From: Candidatus Woesearchaeota archaeon
GTDB lineage: Archaea; Nanobdellota; Nanobdellia; Woesearchaeales; SM23-78
Length of the DNA stretch: 64,000 nt
Direction: 5' to 3'
Assembly: GCA_016930415.1 (NCBI GenBank)
Contig: JAFGGS010000016.1
Coordinates: 70,817-134,816 of the forward strand
Positions within the stretch are counted from its first letter, which is position 1, and the number at the start of each line of letters is the position of its first letter. Shown here piece after piece: positions 48,034 to 57,596 of this stretch. Below the pieces are notes generated by a model. The model saw only the letters and a program-made list of their open reading frames with translations. It did no database searches and was not told the DNA's origin. The position numbers and the translations under genes were made by a program.

Positions 48034-48753
48034 ATGAAAAATCTATTTAAATCTACACCCAATACCAAGATTCCTATGATACGAGATGCGGCTTTATTAG
48101 CGCACTCGCTGCTGCACGCAGGTGCGTCAGTTGATTGCGGGAACTCGCACCAATATTGGGACCAGGCGCCAGAGGATGAACTGACTAAAATAGTAAAGAG
48201 ACTATCTAACCCTGAAGACAAGGAAAGAGCGCTTATAAGGAATATCATTCTGGAAACAGGGTCATTGACTGTCCTTGACGTCGCATGCGGCCCTACCACA
48301 GAGAAAACTGGATATGATAGATACGACCTCCCCGTGAGCTATACCGGAATCGATGCAAGCGAATCAATGCTAAGAGTCGCAAGGCAAAGACACCCCGAAT
48401 CAAGGCTTGTGAGGGCCAAAGCCCAGGAAATACCATTCGCAGATAACGCCTTTGACGCGGTCCTGCTAAAGCACATTCTCGAACACCTGCCAAGATATGA
48501 AGAGGCGATAGAAGAGTCAGTGCGGGTCGCAAAGAATATGGTGATAATCAACTTCTTCCACAGGCTAATGCCAATAGCGCAAGATCTCCACCTGTGCGAC
48601 AGGCGAGGTTTCCACAACAACTGGTACAGCAAGTCAAGATTCTGCTCGTACCTTGAAAGCCTGCCTATAACAAGATACGACACCCACCAGACAAAAGGCA
48701 CGGCAGGGCAAACAGCAGACATATACATCCTGCACAAAATACGGAAAACCTAA
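48034..48753 (+). CDS. class I SAM-dependent methyltransferase (Methyltransf_11-like)
   Basis: VLDVACGPTTE motif I. Motif II/III are spaced correctly. Confidence 0.6.
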   Translation: MKNLFKSTPNTKIPMIRDAALLAHSLLHAGASVDCGNSHQYWDQAPEDELTKIVKRLSNPEDKERALIRNIILETGSLTVLDVACGPTTEKTGYDRYDLPVSYTGIDASESMLRVARQRHPESRLVRAKAQEIPFADNAFDAVLLKHILEHLPRYEEAIEESVRVAKNMVIINFFHRLMPIAQDLHLCDRRGFHNNWYSKSRFCSYLESLPITRYDTHQTKGTAGQTADIYILHKIRKT

Positions 48754-48786
48754 GGGGAAAAAACCGCAACCAAGACCTAATGCGCC

Positions 48787-50493
48787 TCAGTTGTGCGCGA
48801 ACCAGAACACTAGCTTGTCTTTGTTCTTCGAGTCCAGCCTCATGAATCCGAAACGCTCAGCCTGGATGACGTCGCCGACCTTAAGCCTCTCAAGCATAGG
48901 CTCACCTAGACACTCGACTGCCTTGTTGTCAGGCATCAAGACCTCGACTTTCAACAGCTTCTCTTCTGCCGGAAGCCAGTGGATTATCTTCGCTCCCTTC
49001 TCCTTGTACTTCTCATACTCGAGGGAATCGAACGTGAACTTTCCCTTCTCGCTTCGAAGGTTCAAGCAGTCCATCAGCCTGTATAGACCTTCTTTTTTCA
49101 GGACCTTGTAATCCTGCTCGTCAACAAAGAACTCAGAGGCGGTCTTTAGCTTCCTGCCGCCCTTCTCATTGTCAGGATGGAGGTCTAGCTCGACCACCTG
49201 CGCAGGAGCGCCATCGACAGCTATCTTTACAGGGTTCCTAATGATAAAGAACCTCTTCGATATAGGATCCAGGACTTCCTTGTCGTAAGAGTCGATCGCC
49301 TTGAAGAACTCCTCGGCAGCGACTGACTTGTCAGTCAAGGACAAGCCAACGAGCCTCGAGTACTTGAGCAGGCTCTCAGGCTGATAACCCCTCCTTCGAA
49401 GAGCCACCAGGAAGGGCAGGCGGATATCATCCCAGCCAGAGAACTCGCCAGCCTCGATCCTGGCCTTTGTCTTGCTGCAGGAGAGCTCCAAGCCCTCGAA
49501 GTTGTATCTGCCCAGGAAGTAAGTCTTAGGTGCAAAGCTAAGCCCGAGCGCCTTGTACATCTTCTCCTGGCGCTTGGCATTGTCAGCATGATCCTTAGCC
49601 CTGATTATGTGAGTCATGCCAGCCTCGATGTCATCGACCGCGACAGAAAAGTTCATGAGAGGCCACACCCGAAACTTGCGGCCTTGCCTTGGATGCTCAG
49701 AGTCATTGATCCTCATGAGCGGGAAGTCTCTCATCGCAGGGTTCTTGTCCTGCATCCCGCTCTTGAACCGAACGACAGCCTCGCCCTCCTTGAAGCCCGA
49801 TTTCTTGTCAAACATATTCTTCCAGCGGACGATCTGCTCACTCTTAGAGAGGCCCCTGCAAGGGCAATCCTCTTTCTTGGTCGAGCACTCCTTGAAAGCT
49901 TCCTGGGAGCAGGTGCATACGTAAACTGCCTCCTTATCAAGGAACCGCTCCATATAATCATAATAGACCTTCAACCGGTCAGACTGGACCCAGACCTCAG
50001 ACACGTTGCCAAAGATCCACTCACCATCCCTTGGAAGCTGATCGTAAGCAAAAGGGTCAATGTTGTCAGAATTAGTGTCCTCAATCCTCAAGATGAACTT
50101 CCCGCCGTACTTCTTGACATAGAGCGAAGTCAAGCCACCAGTGATGGCGTGACCCAAGTGCATGGGACCAGAAGGAGACGGGGCGAAACGCATGACGACG
50201 CCCTTCTTCAAATCAACCCCCTCAAGCTCCTTAAGCTCATCACTCCGCTCCTTCTTCCTCTCCTCGAGAAGCTCAGGAAACTTCTTAGCGATGAGACCCT
50301 TTTGCTCCTCAAGCGAGAGCCTGTTGACCTCTTTAATCCTGGCATTCACCTTAGCAGCCATTGCCTTCATGTCATTCTTAGCATCAGGAAACTCCCCTAT
50401 GACCTTGCCGATCACAGCGCCAGGACTAGCCTTCCCGCCATAAAGACTGGCGTTCCAAAGCGCGTACTTCTCAATTGAATCATCAAGCGACAT
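48787..50493 (-). CDS. gltX: glutamyl-tRNA synthetase (archaeal/eukaryal type)
   Basis: RFAPSPSGPMHLGHA HIGH-type motif. About 568 aa. Confidence 0.85.
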   Translation of the reverse strand: MSLDDSIEKYALWNASLYGGKASPGAVIGKVIGEFPDAKNDMKAMAAKVNARIKEVNRLSLEEQKGLIAKKFPELLEERKKERSDELKELEGVDLKKGVVMRFAPSPSGPMHLGHAITGGLTSLYVKKYGGKFILRIEDTNSDNIDPFAYDQLPRDGEWIFGNVSEVWVQSDRLKVYYDYMERFLDKEAVYVCTCSQEAFKECSTKKEDCPCRGLSKSEQIVRWKNMFDKKSGFKEGEAVVRFKSGMQDKNPAMRDFPLMRINDSEHPRQGRKFRVWPLMNFSVAVDDIEAGMTHIIRAKDHADNAKRQEKMYKALGLSFAPKTYFLGRYNFEGLELSCSKTKARIEAGEFSGWDDIRLPFLVALRRRGYQPESLLKYSRLVGLSLTDKSVAAEEFFKAIDSYDKEVLDPISKRFFIIRNPVKIAVDGAPAQVVELDLHPDNEKGGRKLKTASEFFVDEQDYKVLKKEGLYRLMDCLNLRSEKGKFTFDSLEYEKYKEKGAKIIHWLPAEEKLLKVEVLMPDNKAVECLGEPMLERLKVGDVIQAERFGFMRLDSKNKDKLVFWFAHN

Positions 50494-50609
50494 TGATAAG
50501 AAGAATAAGGCGGGGCGTTTATATAATTAATGGTAACCTATTTAAATAAGGGAGAAGTCTTTCGAACAACAAGGGCTTAAGTTCCCTACAAAAAAATATT
50601 TCACCAAAA

Positions 50610-50702
50610 GGGCTCAAAGCTTCAATCCGGTAACGCACAGCTCTTTACAAAAGAGCTGGCAGAAAGTAAGCGACATGCGCTCGCACCGACTCGCTTAGTC
50701 CC
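50610..50702 (+). pseudogene. degenerate tRNA-Ala-like copy (tandem duplicate of the tRNA-Ala promoter/5' region, no T arm)
   Basis: GGGCTCAAAGCTTCAATCCGGTAACGCAC versus real GGGCTCTTAGCTCAGTCCGGTAGAGCAC. The upstream ATATTTCAC..AAGGGCTC is also duplicated. Ends ..CTTAGTCCC. Contains a perfect 8-bp hairpin CAGCTCTT-TACA-AAGAGCTG. Confidence 0.3.
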
Positions 50703-50730
50703 TAAAAATCATCAAAATATTTCACAACAA

Positions 50731-50804
50731 GGGCTCTTAGCTCAGTCCGGTAGAGCACTCGCATGGCATGCGAGGGGCCGCGGGTTCAAATCCCGCAGAG
50801 TCCA
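50731..50804 (+). tRNA. tRNA-Ala(GGC)
   Basis: Canonical cloverleaf with G3:U70, anticodon loop AUGGCAU and T arm GCGGGUUCAAAUCCCGC. 74 nt with no intron. Confidence 0.85.
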
Positions 50805-50838
50805 GGAAAAAAATGAGATTTTTTCTGGGTCTGCGGCC

Positions 50839-50880
50839 CAGAAATCGTTTTCAAGATTTCTGACTGCCGCAGAGTCCAGG
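50839..50880 (+). repeat. hairpin CAGAAATC-GTTTTCAA-GATTTCTG followed by exact 14-nt copy (CCGCAGAGTCCAGG) of the tRNA-Ala 3' end
   Basis: The direct repeat of 50793..50806 lies at 50867..50880. A second hairpin, TCTGGG-TCTGCGG-CCCAGA, precedes it. Confidence 0.4.
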
Positions 50881-51008
50881 CCTTTTAACAAAAAGTTAGC
50901 GAATCCAGGCGGCGTCTAGCGCCTCCTGGCTGAATTGTTTCGCAAGAGGTCATCCTCAGGCGAAAAATACATTACAAGAGAAGGATATGGAAGAGATCCG
51001 TGACTATC

Positions 51009-52061
51009 ATGAAGAAAGAGCTATGCGACCCAAAGAACGTCATCCCAAGCATCGATGCAAAGTGCACTACTTGCGGCAAGGACGCAGTATATCAGAATCA
51101 GGGGACGAGGTATTGCAGGAATCACTTCGTCGACTACTTTGAGAACAAGGTCTATAAGACCATCCAGAGGTTCAATCTCATCGAGCCTGGCGACAGGGTG
51201 TGCGTGGCTGCAAGCGGCGGCAAGGACTCTACGACTGCGCTCTATCTCGTGTCTCGGTATTGCAGGAAGTACAAGATCGAATGCTTCGCGCTCTCGATTG
51301 ATGAGGGCATCTCAGGCTACCGCGACGTGTCTGTCGACGCTGTCAAGAATTTCTGCAATGTGCAGGGCCTCAGGATATACACTTTCACGTTCAAGGACTT
51401 GTACGGCAAGACCATGGACCAGCTCCGCGAGACCATGCTAAAGGAGCATAACAAGCGGCCTTGCAGCGTGTGCGGAGTCCTAAGGAGGAGAGTCCTGAAT
51501 GTCGAGAGCCGCAAGCTTGGCGCGACTAAGCTAGTCACCGGCCACAACCTGGATGACGAGGCCCAGACCTTCATCATGAACGTGTACCAAGGCAACATGA
51601 GCCACAACGCGAAGATGGGGCCTATCTCAGGCCTTAGGCAAGATACCAAGTTCGTGCCTAGGATAAAGCCGCTATACCTTGTCTCTGAGGCCGAGACAAA
51701 GCTCTACACCCAGATCAAGGGTTTCAAGCTTTGCTATTGCAGCTGTCCTCACAGCGACTTGTCGTTCAGGCGATTCGTCAAGGGACAACTAAACGAGCTT
51801 GTCAAGATTCTTCCAAATGCAAAGTATGGAATAGTCAACTCGTTCCTCGAGATACTGCCGGACCTTAAGAGAAAGTATAGGCCGAGTGTCGAGCTTGGCG
51901 AGTGCGAGACCTGCGGGGAGCCCACGACGCAGAAGAGGTGCAACGCGTGCCTCTTAGAAGAGAAGCTTCATTCAGATCTCAAGAATATCGGAGAGAAGCC
52001 AAAGGCCAGCAAGACCAGGAAGAAGGCGAAAAGCATAAAAACCAGGAGCAAGAGAGGTTAA
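51009..52061 (+). CDS. PP-loop tRNA 2-thiolation enzyme, TtuA/NcsA family
   Basis: SGGKDS PP-loop and N- and C-terminal CxxC zinc/Fe-S fingers. The ATG at 51009 is chosen over the track GTG at 51000. Confidence 0.7.
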   Translation: MKKELCDPKNVIPSIDAKCTTCGKDAVYQNQGTRYCRNHFVDYFENKVYKTIQRFNLIEPGDRVCVAASGGKDSTTALYLVSRYCRKYKIECFALSIDEGISGYRDVSVDAVKNFCNVQGLRIYTFTFKDLYGKTMDQLRETMLKEHNKRPCSVCGVLRRRVLNVESRKLGATKLVTGHNLDDEAQTFIMNVYQGNMSHNAKMGPISGLRQDTKFVPRIKPLYLVSEAETKLYTQIKGFKLCYCSCPHSDLSFRRFVKGQLNELVKILPNAKYGIVNSFLEILPDLKRKYRPSVELGECETCGEPTTQKRCNACLLEEKLHSDLKNIGEKPKASKTRKKAKSIKTRSKRG

Positions 52062-52064
52062 GCC

Positions 52065-52259
52065 ATGGAGTGCCAGACAGAGAAGAACCTGAAGAGATGC
52101 AACTGCACGTACGAGGGCTGCTCTAGGAAGGGGCTTTGCTGCGAGTGCCTGCACTACCACTTAGCAAAGAAGCAATTGCCTGCGTGCTGCTTCCCGCCCG
52201 AGGCCGAGGCGACGTTCGACAGGAGCTTTGAGAAGTTCGTTGAGATACAATCAAGATGA
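52065..52259 (+). CDS. small Cys-rich protein (9 Cys in 64 aa), hypothetical metal-binding
   Basis: MECQTEKNLKRCNCTYEGCSRKGLCCECLHYHLAKKQLPACCF. Starts 4 nt after the thiolase stop. Confidence 0.4.
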   Translation: MECQTEKNLKRCNCTYEGCSRKGLCCECLHYHLAKKQLPACCFPPEAEATFDRSFEKFVEIQSR

Positions 52260-52292
52260 GCACATGAAGATAAGGGTCAACAAAGGTCAAGT

Positions 52293-53066
52293 TCACTTCT
52301 TCGCCTGCTCTTCAACAATCCACCCATACCCCTTATCTTCAAGGTGGTCCACGAGGTCTCCTTTGCCTTCAAGCGCGATCCTGCCGTCTATCAAGATGGA
52401 CACCTTGTCGGGCTTGACGTAGTTCAGTATCCTCTTGTAGTGCGTGATTATCAGCACGGACTTCTCATGGCTTGCATGGCTTCCTTTTTTCATGAAGCTG
52501 TTAACTCCTTCGCTTACGACCTTCAAGGCGTCAATATCAAGTCCGGAGTCAGTCTCATCCAGCACAGCTAGTCCTGGGTTTAACATTAGCAGCTGGAGTA
52601 TCTCAGCCCGTTTCTTCTCGCCGCCCGAGAAGCCCTTGTTGAGGTATCTTGACAGGAAGTCCGGGCTCATCATGAGCAGCTTCATCTTCTCCTTGACCGC
52701 TTCCTTGAACTTGAGGACTGATAGCTTGTCCTTCTCGCCTCGCACGCTATTTACGGCTGTGCGTAGGAAGTTCGATATCGTCACCCCCTCAATCTCTTCA
52801 GGGTATTGGAATGAGAGGAAGAGGCCTTTCCTTGCCCTCTCATCAGGCTTCATCTTCAATATACTCTCTCCTTCCAACAGGATGTCGCCTGATGTGACCT
52901 CGTATCTCGGGTGTCCCATTATCGCGTTCGACAAGGTGCTCTTGCCGCTCCCGTTAGGTCCCATTATCGCATGCACTGTACCTTTCTCAACTGTCAGGTT
53001 CAGACCTTTTAGGATCTCTTTGCCTTCCACGCGTACATGCAGATCCTTTATCTGTAAGAATGCCAT
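52293..53066 (-). CDS. sufC: Fe-S cluster assembly ATPase SufC
   Basis: Walker [13 protein letters not shown] signature and Walker B. 257 aa. Confidence 0.9.
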   Translation of the reverse strand: MAFLQIKDLHVRVEGKEILKGLNLTVEKGTVHAIMGPNGSGKSTLSNAIMGHPRYEVTSGDILLEGESILKMKPDERARKGLFLSFQYPEEIEGVTISNFLRTAVNSVRGEKDKLSVLKFKEAVKEKMKLLMMSPDFLSRYLNKGFSGGEKKRAEILQLLMLNPGLAVLDETDSGLDIDALKVVSEGVNSFMKKGSHASHEKSVLIITHYKRILNYVKPDKVSILIDGRIALEGKGDLVDHLEDKGYGWIVEEQAKK

Positions 53067-53067
53067 T

Positions 53068-53442
53068 TCAATTCTCCTCCCTTAGCGCTTTCTGTATCGT
53101 CTCTAGCGGCAGCAATATGCATTTGAGCCTTGCAGGGTGCACGTCAATCTCGAGCAGATCCAAGATATCCTTAGAGCCAAGCTCAAGGACCGCTTCTTTC
53201 TTCATGCCTTTAATCCTCTCGGTCGCCATGCTGGCTGACGCCATGCAGAGCGCGCATCCCTTGCCGCTGAACCTGACATCTGCTATGACGCCGTCTTTCT
53301 CTATCAGCTGGATTGTTATGTCATCCCCACAACCCTGGTTGAAGCCGTGCCTCTCCTGGTTCGCCCCTTCAAGCTTGCCGTAGTTCTCTGGGTGCTTCCA
53401 AAGCTCTAGTATGTGCTCCTTGTACATCGATGAAGAGTCCAT
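53068..53442 (-). CDS. sufU: SufU/NifU-like Fe-S scaffold protein
   Basis: GCGDD...[13 protein letters not shown] three-Cys pattern. 124 aa. Confidence 0.7.
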   Translation of the reverse strand: MDSSSMYKEHILELWKHPENYGKLEGANQERHGFNQGCGDDITIQLIEKDGVIADVRFSGKGCALCMASASMATERIKGMKKEAVLELGSKDILDLLEIDVHPARLKCILLPLETIQKALREEN

Positions 53443-54804
53443 CTAGAAGTCACCCTTGCTCTCTTCTTCAGCTTCCTTATCTGCTTCAGCCTCTTGCACG
53501 ACTACAGCTCCGCCCAGTAAGGGTTTTTCTTCTGCGCCAGGATGGAACACGCTTATCGCCTTCTTCAGGGCCTCGACGAACAAGTCAACGTCCTCTATCG
53601 TGTTGTAAAAATAGAAGCTCACGCGCACAGTGCCTGAGACTCCCATCTTCTTCATCAAGGGCATGGTGCAGTGGTGGCCTGCCCTCACGCACACGTTGTA
53701 ATCGTTGAATATGCTTGAGATGTCATGGGGGTGTACTCCTTTCATGTTGAACGATAGGACTCCTGCACTGTTCTCCGCCCCTGAAGTGTAGACTTCGACC
53801 TCTTCTAGCTCGCAGACTTTTTTCAAGGCATATCTCAAGAGTGAATTCTCCCAGGAAGAGATGTTCTCAAGCCCGACAGCCTCCAAGTAACGCACTGCTT
53901 CTCCAAGCCCGATCACTCCTTCCATGTTAGGGGTTCCTGCCTCGAACTTTTCCGGAGAGTCGCCGTAAGTCGCGCTCTCATAATCAACATCCCTAATCAT
54001 GTGGCCTCCGAACTGGAACGGAGGGAGCTTCCCAAGAAGATCCTTCTTTCCATACAGCACGCCTACGCCGGCAGGCCCTAGCATCTTGTGGCCTGAGAAG
54101 GTCAGGAAGTCGCACCCGATCTCTTTCACATCAAGCTTCATGTGAGGAGCCGCCTGGGCAGCGTCGATGATCGTTATGGCGCCAACCTCTCGCCCGAGCC
54201 TTGACAAGAGCGCGATGTCAGTCTTCGTGCCTACTGCGTTTGAGACTGCTGTGAATGAGAAGATAGCGGTCTTCTTGTCAAGCTTCTTCTTCAAGTCATC
54301 CATATCGAGCATGAAGTCCTTCTTTATCCTGACGAACTCGAGCTTGAAGCCTTCTCTCTTAGCAAGTTCCTGCCAAGGCACGAGGTTCGAGTGGTGTTCA
54401 AGCTCTGTCAAAAGTATCTTCTCTCGTCCCTTCCCGACAATCTCCTTGACTGTCCAGGACAAGAGGTTCAATCCTTCAGTCGCACCCTTAGTGAATATTA
54501 TCTCGTCAGGCTCTGCGCTTAGGAAGCGAGCGACGATCGCCCTTGCCTCATCAAACGCCCTTGTGGACTCCTCACTGATAGAGTAGAGGCCTCGATGCAC
54601 ATTCGCGTTGTGCTCTTCGTAGAACCTCTTGACAGCCTCTATGACGCACGAAGGCTTCTGCGTGGTCGCAGCGTTGTCAAGGTAGACAATCCTCTTTCTG
54701 TTTATCTTCCTTGCAAGCTGAGGAAAGTCTTTTTTCAGGTCGTCTGCAACAGGATCATCAATCTTGCCCTTCTTCCTAGGCAGTTTATCATTATCAGCTG
54801 TCAT
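53443..54804 (-). CDS. sufS: cysteine desulfurase SufS (class V aminotransferase)
   Basis: PLP-Lys region FSGHKMLGPAGVG and active Cys region RAGHHCTMPL. Confidence 0.9.
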   Translation of the reverse strand: MTADNDKLPRKKGKIDDPVADDLKKDFPQLARKINRKRIVYLDNAATTQKPSCVIEAVKRFYEEHNANVHRGLYSISEESTRAFDEARAIVARFLSAEPDEIIFTKGATEGLNLLSWTVKEIVGKGREKILLTELEHHSNLVPWQELAKREGFKLEFVRIKKDFMLDMDDLKKKLDKKTAIFSFTAVSNAVGTKTDIALLSRLGREVGAITIIDAAQAAPHMKLDVKEIGCDFLTFSGHKMLGPAGVGVLYGKKDLLGKLPPFQFGGHMIRDVDYESATYGDSPEKFEAGTPNMEGVIGLGEAVRYLEAVGLENISSWENSLLRYALKKVCELEEVEVYTSGAENSAGVLSFNMKGVHPHDISSIFNDYNVCVRAGHHCTMPLMKKMGVSGTVRVSFYFYNTIEDVDLFVEALKKAISVFHPGAEEKPLLGGAVVVQEAEADKEAEEESKGDF

Positions 54805-56042
54805 CTTGAAAAACCTCCGATTATAGTCGCATCAAGCGACTTTTCAAATCCGGACTTGGCCTCGTCTGGCAATAGCTCCAGTGTTGGAGCAAAGAAACCT
54901 TTTATCATGAGCCTCTTCGCATCCTCAAAATTGATTCCGCGACTCAGCAGGTAGAATATCTTCTCAGAGTCAAGCTGGCCCACCGTAGACCCGTGGCTGC
55001 ACTTCACGTCATGGTTCCTGATCTCCAGGTTGGGAATCGCGTCTGCCTCTGAACGGTCGCAGAGCAGAAGAGCGTCTTGCCTCTCATAACCCTCACTCCC
55101 AAAAGCAGCATCACCTATAGAGATCATCCCCCTGCTCAGTGCCTTGGCCTCATCATTCACGACGCCGCGGCTAAGCAGGTCAGACCGAGTCCTGGCTGCC
55201 TCGTGATACGCAGCAGTGCATACGTCAAACATCTGGTTCCTGCTGCCCGCGAACAAGGTCTTTATGACAGTAGAAGCGTTCTCCTCCTTCAGATTCGAGA
55301 TGATCGAGTTGTTGGCGTATCCTGAGCCAAGCGAGAGCTCAAACCAATCCACTCTCGCATCCTTCATCACGTCAGCTTTCCGCTCGTCAAAGAAAACAAT
55401 CCCTTGCCCAAGGTTTTGAAGATTGATCAGCTTAAGGTCGCTGCCTTTGCCAGCCAGCGCCTTGATGCTTAACCCGAAATAACCCTTTATACCTTCATCA
55501 GCGTCAGGGGATGAGCTTGATGAGAGCCTGAAGATGACTGATGAGCTGCTATTCGCCCCTGCAAGGATGAAAACGCTTGCAATCTGAGGAAGGCTGCCAG
55601 CATGAAGGTCCAATATAACCGGCTTGTCAATCCTTGCAGACTCCTTGACCTTGATCAATAACACGTTGTTTGTGAATGCAGAGTTCAAAAGGGCAGACCT
55701 TGATCTTGCAGGAGAATCAGAGGTGTCTCTGAAGAGCGCCAGCACTTCCTCGCCAAGGATGCCTAGGCCAGGGCCTTGGATCATCTCAACCAGTGCAAGG
55801 TCTGCGTTTGAATGCGTGACGCGAACCGATCCTGCTGTCGGGATCAGGCCTTTTGGATTCTCAAAGTCAATCCCTGAGTCAAAAGAGACCCCAGAACCAT
55901 ACTTGAAGCTGACAGGAGGGAGTGATTTCATGGCCTTCAAGAAGTCCATCCTCTCAGCGCAAGCCCACTTCGGCTCTCCAAGCCTAGTGCAGAGCGCCTG
56001 AAGCCCGGCCTCAAATGAGCCCTCTTTCTCTTTCTTGCTCAT
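54801..56042 (-). CDS. sufD: Fe-S cluster assembly protein SufD
   Basis: SufB/D beta-helix family. Positioned between sufB and sufS, with 4-nt overlaps. Confidence 0.75.
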   Translation of the reverse strand: MSKKEKEGSFEAGLQALCTRLGEPKWACAERMDFLKAMKSLPPVSFKYGSGVSFDSGIDFENPKGLIPTAGSVRVTHSNADLALVEMIQGPGLGILGEEVLALFRDTSDSPARSRSALLNSAFTNNVLLIKVKESARIDKPVILDLHAGSLPQIASVFILAGANSSSSVIFRLSSSSSPDADEGIKGYFGLSIKALAGKGSDLKLINLQNLGQGIVFFDERKADVMKDARVDWFELSLGSGYANNSIISNLKEENASTVIKTLFAGSRNQMFDVCTAAYHEAARTRSDLLSRGVVNDEAKALSRGMISIGDAAFGSEGYERQDALLLCDRSEADAIPNLEIRNHDVKCSHGSTVGQLDSEKIFYLLSRGINFEDAKRLMIKGFFAPTLELLPDEAKSGFEKSLDATIIGGFSR

Positions 56043-57484
56043 CCCAAAGATCCCTCCATCTCGATCTCGATCAGCCTGTTTAGCTCGACAGCGTACTCTA
56101 ATGGGAGTTCCTTCACGATCGGCTCTATGAATCCAGAGACAATCATCCTGGTAGCGTCATCCTTTGATATCCCCCTGCTCATGAGATAGAACAATTGCTC
56201 GTCGCTTATCCTGCCTACAGTCGCCTCGTGCGCCACTGTCGCGCTCTTCTCATCTACCTTCATCGTAGGATAAGTGTTTGACTTGCTCACCTCGTCCATC
56301 ATGAGGGTGTCGCAGTTTATGCTTGAAGCCGCGCTGATAGCGCCCTTCCTGATGCTGACTAAGCCCCTGTAACTGGTTATCCCGCCGTCCTTGCTCAAGG
56401 ACTTCGATACGATCGTGGAGCTGGTGTTCTTTCCGATGTGATACACCTTTGAGCCGGTGTCCTGATGCTGGCCCTCGCCTGCATAAGCGATTCCGAGGTA
56501 GTGTGATTTCGACCGGGCGCCCATGAGCACGCTGCAAGGGTAGAGCATCGTAGTCCTTGATCCCATGTTGCCGTTCACCCACTCCATCACCCCGTCCTCG
56601 TAGACGACTGCTCGTTTGGTGTTCAGGTTGTATGTGTTCTTGCTCCAGTTCTCGATGCTAGAGTATCTGGCCCTGGCTCCTTTCAGCACGTGGATCTCTA
56701 CGCAGCCAGCGTGCATGCTGTTCTCGCTGTATTGAGGCGCGCTGCAACCCTCAATGTAGTGCATCTCGGCGCCTTCGTCAATGACTATAACTGTGTGCTC
56801 GAACTGGCCTCCTCTCTTGGCGTTCATCCGGAAGTATGCTTGCAGAGGGATGTCTACCTTGACTCCTTTCGGGATGTAGATGAAGGTCCCTCCGCTCCAG
56901 ACAGCGACGTGGAGCGCTGCGAACTTATGGAGCCTGATCGGCACGCAGGAGGTCATGAAGTACTTCTTGACTAGGCCAGGATGCTTTTGGACCGCCTCGT
57001 CGCAGTCCAGGAATATGACTCCCTGCTTTGCCCATTTCTCTTTTAGGTTGTGGTAGACGGCCTCGCTCTCATACTGGGCTCCCACGCCTGAGAGGGCTTT
57101 CTTCTCAGCCTCAAGGATGCCAAGCCGGTCGTAGGTCTCACGGATGTCTTTTGGCACCTCATTCCAGTCTGAGGCGTTCTTCTTGGCATCAGGCCTCATG
57201 AACAAGTGTATCTTAGAGATGTCAAGGCTTGAGAGGTCAGGCCCCCAGGAGGGAAAGCTCATCTCCTTGAATGCCCGCAGGCCTTCAAGTCTTTTCGCGA
57301 GCATCCAGTCAGGCTCGTTCTTGGATCTTGATATCTCGCGCACCAGTTCTTCTGAGAGCCCTGGCTTTGCCTTGTAGGTGAGCTTCTCCTCATCAGAATG
57401 ATCGTATCTGGAGCGGTCTATTCCGAATGACTGCATCTCGCTCCTTGCCGCATCCTCTTTTTGTCCGCTCATATTAGATACCAT
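56039..57484 (-). CDS. sufB: Fe-S cluster assembly protein SufB
   Basis: 481 aa with a conserved SufB C-terminal region (GEGQHQDTGSKVYHIGKNTSSTIVSKS). Confidence 0.9.
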   Translation of the reverse strand: MVSNMSGQKEDAARSEMQSFGIDRSRYDHSDEEKLTYKAKPGLSEELVREISRSKNEPDWMLAKRLEGLRAFKEMSFPSWGPDLSSLDISKIHLFMRPDAKKNASDWNEVPKDIRETYDRLGILEAEKKALSGVGAQYESEAVYHNLKEKWAKQGVIFLDCDEAVQKHPGLVKKYFMTSCVPIRLHKFAALHVAVWSGGTFIYIPKGVKVDIPLQAYFRMNAKRGGQFEHTVIVIDEGAEMHYIEGCSAPQYSENSMHAGCVEIHVLKGARARYSSIENWSKNTYNLNTKRAVVYEDGVMEWVNGNMGSRTTMLYPCSVLMGARSKSHYLGIAYAGEGQHQDTGSKVYHIGKNTSSTIVSKSLSKDGGITSYRGLVSIRKGAISAASSINCDTLMMDEVSKSNTYPTMKVDEKSATVAHEATVGRISDEQLFYLMSRGISKDDATRMIVSGFIEPIVKELPLEYAVELNRLIEIEMEGSLG

Positions 57485-57491
57485 CCCAGAA

Positions 57492-57519
57492 TTAACTATA
57501 GTTAATTAACTATAGTTAA
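57492..57519. promoter_or_regulatory. tandem pair of 14-bp perfect palindromes (TTAACTATAGTTAA x2), candidate operator in the sufB / HTH-regulator divergent intergenic region
   Basis: Exact tandem duplication of a perfect palindrome 8 nt upstream of the sufB start codon. Two TATA-like boxes follow (ATATTTAAAT at 57532, GATTTAAATA at 57567). Confidence 0.45.
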
Positions 57520-57596
57520 GACTTCCAAAAGATATTTAAATGTTTCGGTGCTAATGGTTGAGAAGATTTAAATATCCGCAAGTACAGAGGAAGAGC

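Noticed and set aside
49588-50478. 296-aa plus-strand ORF inside gltX
   Set aside because: It is antisense to glutamyl-tRNA synthetase and has no motifs.
52444-53085. 213-aa plus-strand ORF overlapping sufC
   Set aside because: It is antisense to the ABC ATPase SufC, and Ser/Leu-rich.
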